Positions 62,684-64,000 of a stretch of DNA of 64,000 nt are shown here, one piece after another. The DNA is from Squalus acanthias (Eukaryota), in NCBI GenBank assembly GCA_030390025.1, contig CM059431.1, forward strand, positions 134,852,001-134,916,000. The letters run 5' to 3'. Made by a program: the position numbers and the translations under genes. Each line of letters starts with the position of its first letter. The first letter of the stretch is position 1. Under the pieces are notes generated by a model, which saw only the letters and a program-made list of their open reading frames with translations, was not told where the DNA came from and did no database searches.

Positions 62684-63209
62684 GCCTAAGGAAGGATATA
62701 CTTGCCATAGAGGGAGTGCAACAAAGGTTCACCAGACTGATTCCTGGGATGGGGGGATTGTCCTTTGGAGGAGAGATTGAGTAGACTAGGCCTACATTCT
62801 CTAGAGTTTAGAAGAATAAGAGGTGATCTCATTGAAACATATAAAATTCTCATAGGGCTTGACAGGGTAGATGCAAGGAGTATGTTTCCCCTGGCTGGGG
62901 AGTCCAGAACCAGGGGTCACATTCTCAGCACAAGGGGTCAGCCATTTAGGATTGAGATGAGGAGAAATTTCTTCACTCAGAGGGTGGTGAATCTTTGGAA
63001 TTCTCTACCCCAGAGGGCTGTGGAGGCTCAGTTGTTGAGTATATTCAAGACAGAGATCGATAGATTTTAGGATATTAACGGAATCAAGGGATATGGGGAT
63101 AGTGCAGGAAAGTGGAGTTGAGGTAGAAGATCAGCCATGATCTTATTGAATGGTGGAGCAGGCTCAAGGGGCCAAATGGCCTACTCCTGCTCCTATTTCT
63201 TATATTCTT
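62684..63209 (+). mobile_element. Nested CR1 3' fragment of a different subfamily
   Basis: Runs from LRKDILAIEGV to a CCTATTTCTTAT tail. Host resumes as YRKDVNALERV. Confidence 0.85.
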
Positions 63210-64000
63210 TACAGGAAAGATGTGAATGCACTAGAGAGGGTACAGGGGTGATTTACGAGGATGTTACCAGGACTGGAAAATTTTAGCGATGAGAAAAGAT
63301 TGGATAGGCTGGGGTTGTTTTCTTTGGAACAGAAGAGGGTGAGGGGAGACTTGATTGAGGTGTATAAAATTATGAGGGGCCTAGATAGAGTGGAGAGGAA
63401 GGACCTATTTCCCTTAGCAGAGAGGTCAATAACCAGGGGGCAGAGATTTAAAGTCATTGGTAGAAGGATTAGAGGGAAGTTGAGGAGAACTTTTTTCACC
63501 CAGAGGGTTGTGGGGGTCTGGAACTCACTGCCTGAAAGGGTGGTAGAGGCAGAAACCCTCATCTAATTTTAAAAAGTACTTGGATATGCACTGGAGTGCT
63601 GTCCCCTACAGGGCTATGGACCAAGAGCTGGAAAGTGAGATTAGGCTGGATAGCACTTTTTCGGCCGGCACAGACACAATGGGCCAAATGGCCTTCTTCT
63701 GTGCTGTAAATTTCTATGATTCTATGACACAGATTTAAGGTGATTTGCAAAAGAACCAGAGGCAACAGAAGGAAACTTTTTTTTTTTTAAACAGCGAGTT
63801 GTTTTGACCTGGAATGCACTGCCCGAAAGGGTGGTTGGTGGAAGCCGATTCAATAGTAACTTTCAAAAAAGATTAAGATAAATACTTGAAGGAAATAATT
63901 TACAGAGCTATGGGAAGGAGCAAAGGAGAAACTAATTGGATAGCTCTACCATAGAGCCAGCACAGGTACGATGTTCTGAATGGCCTCTTTCTGTGCTGTA

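Larger units (their letters stand above)
58660..63725 (+). mobile_element. CR1 (ORF1 end through tail) carrying three nested insertions
   Basis: ORF1 end (LHLNRA), endonuclease, RT and tail at about 63725. Same subfamily as 40496-43853. Confidence 0.88.
58185..64000 (+). mobile_element. Outer CR1 3' fragment (58185-58658 and 63726-64000) split by a 5-kb CR1
   Basis: Rejoins as ACCAGAGGACAC / AGATTTAAGGTG (TRGH / RFKV), with GACAC duplicated. Confidence 0.8.

Overview
This is eukaryotic genomic DNA, most likely from a shark or other cartilaginous fish, inferred from the HE1-type V-SINE and the CR1/Penelope repeat content. The window lies inside a minus-strand UDP-glucose:glycoprotein glucosyltransferase gene (UGGT2-like). 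Three internal exons (113, 175 and 97 nt) splice in frame with canonical GT-AG sites across introns of about 10 kb and 38 kb. Most of the rest is nested mobile DNA: many CR1 LINEs, PIF/Harbinger transposons and MITEs, a Tigger-like MITE, a Penelope-like element, two old LTR remnants recognisable by their primer-binding sites, and several SINE families. The main leads are: (i) short TSD-flanked Penelope-terminus insertions carrying minimal hammerhead ribozyme cores, one arranged as a head-to-head hairpin; (ii) a LINE with a tRNA-like Pol III head and no ORF1, plus a SINE sharing both its ends; (iii) an apparent 1.7-kb 3' transduction by that LINE, carrying an NRF1/CpG promoter and a phase-0 mini-exon in the same orientation as UGGT2; and (iv) long inverted CR1 pairs bracketing an in-frame two-exon cassette. 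Family names come from recalled motifs, not database searches, and boundaries of degraded repeats are approximate.
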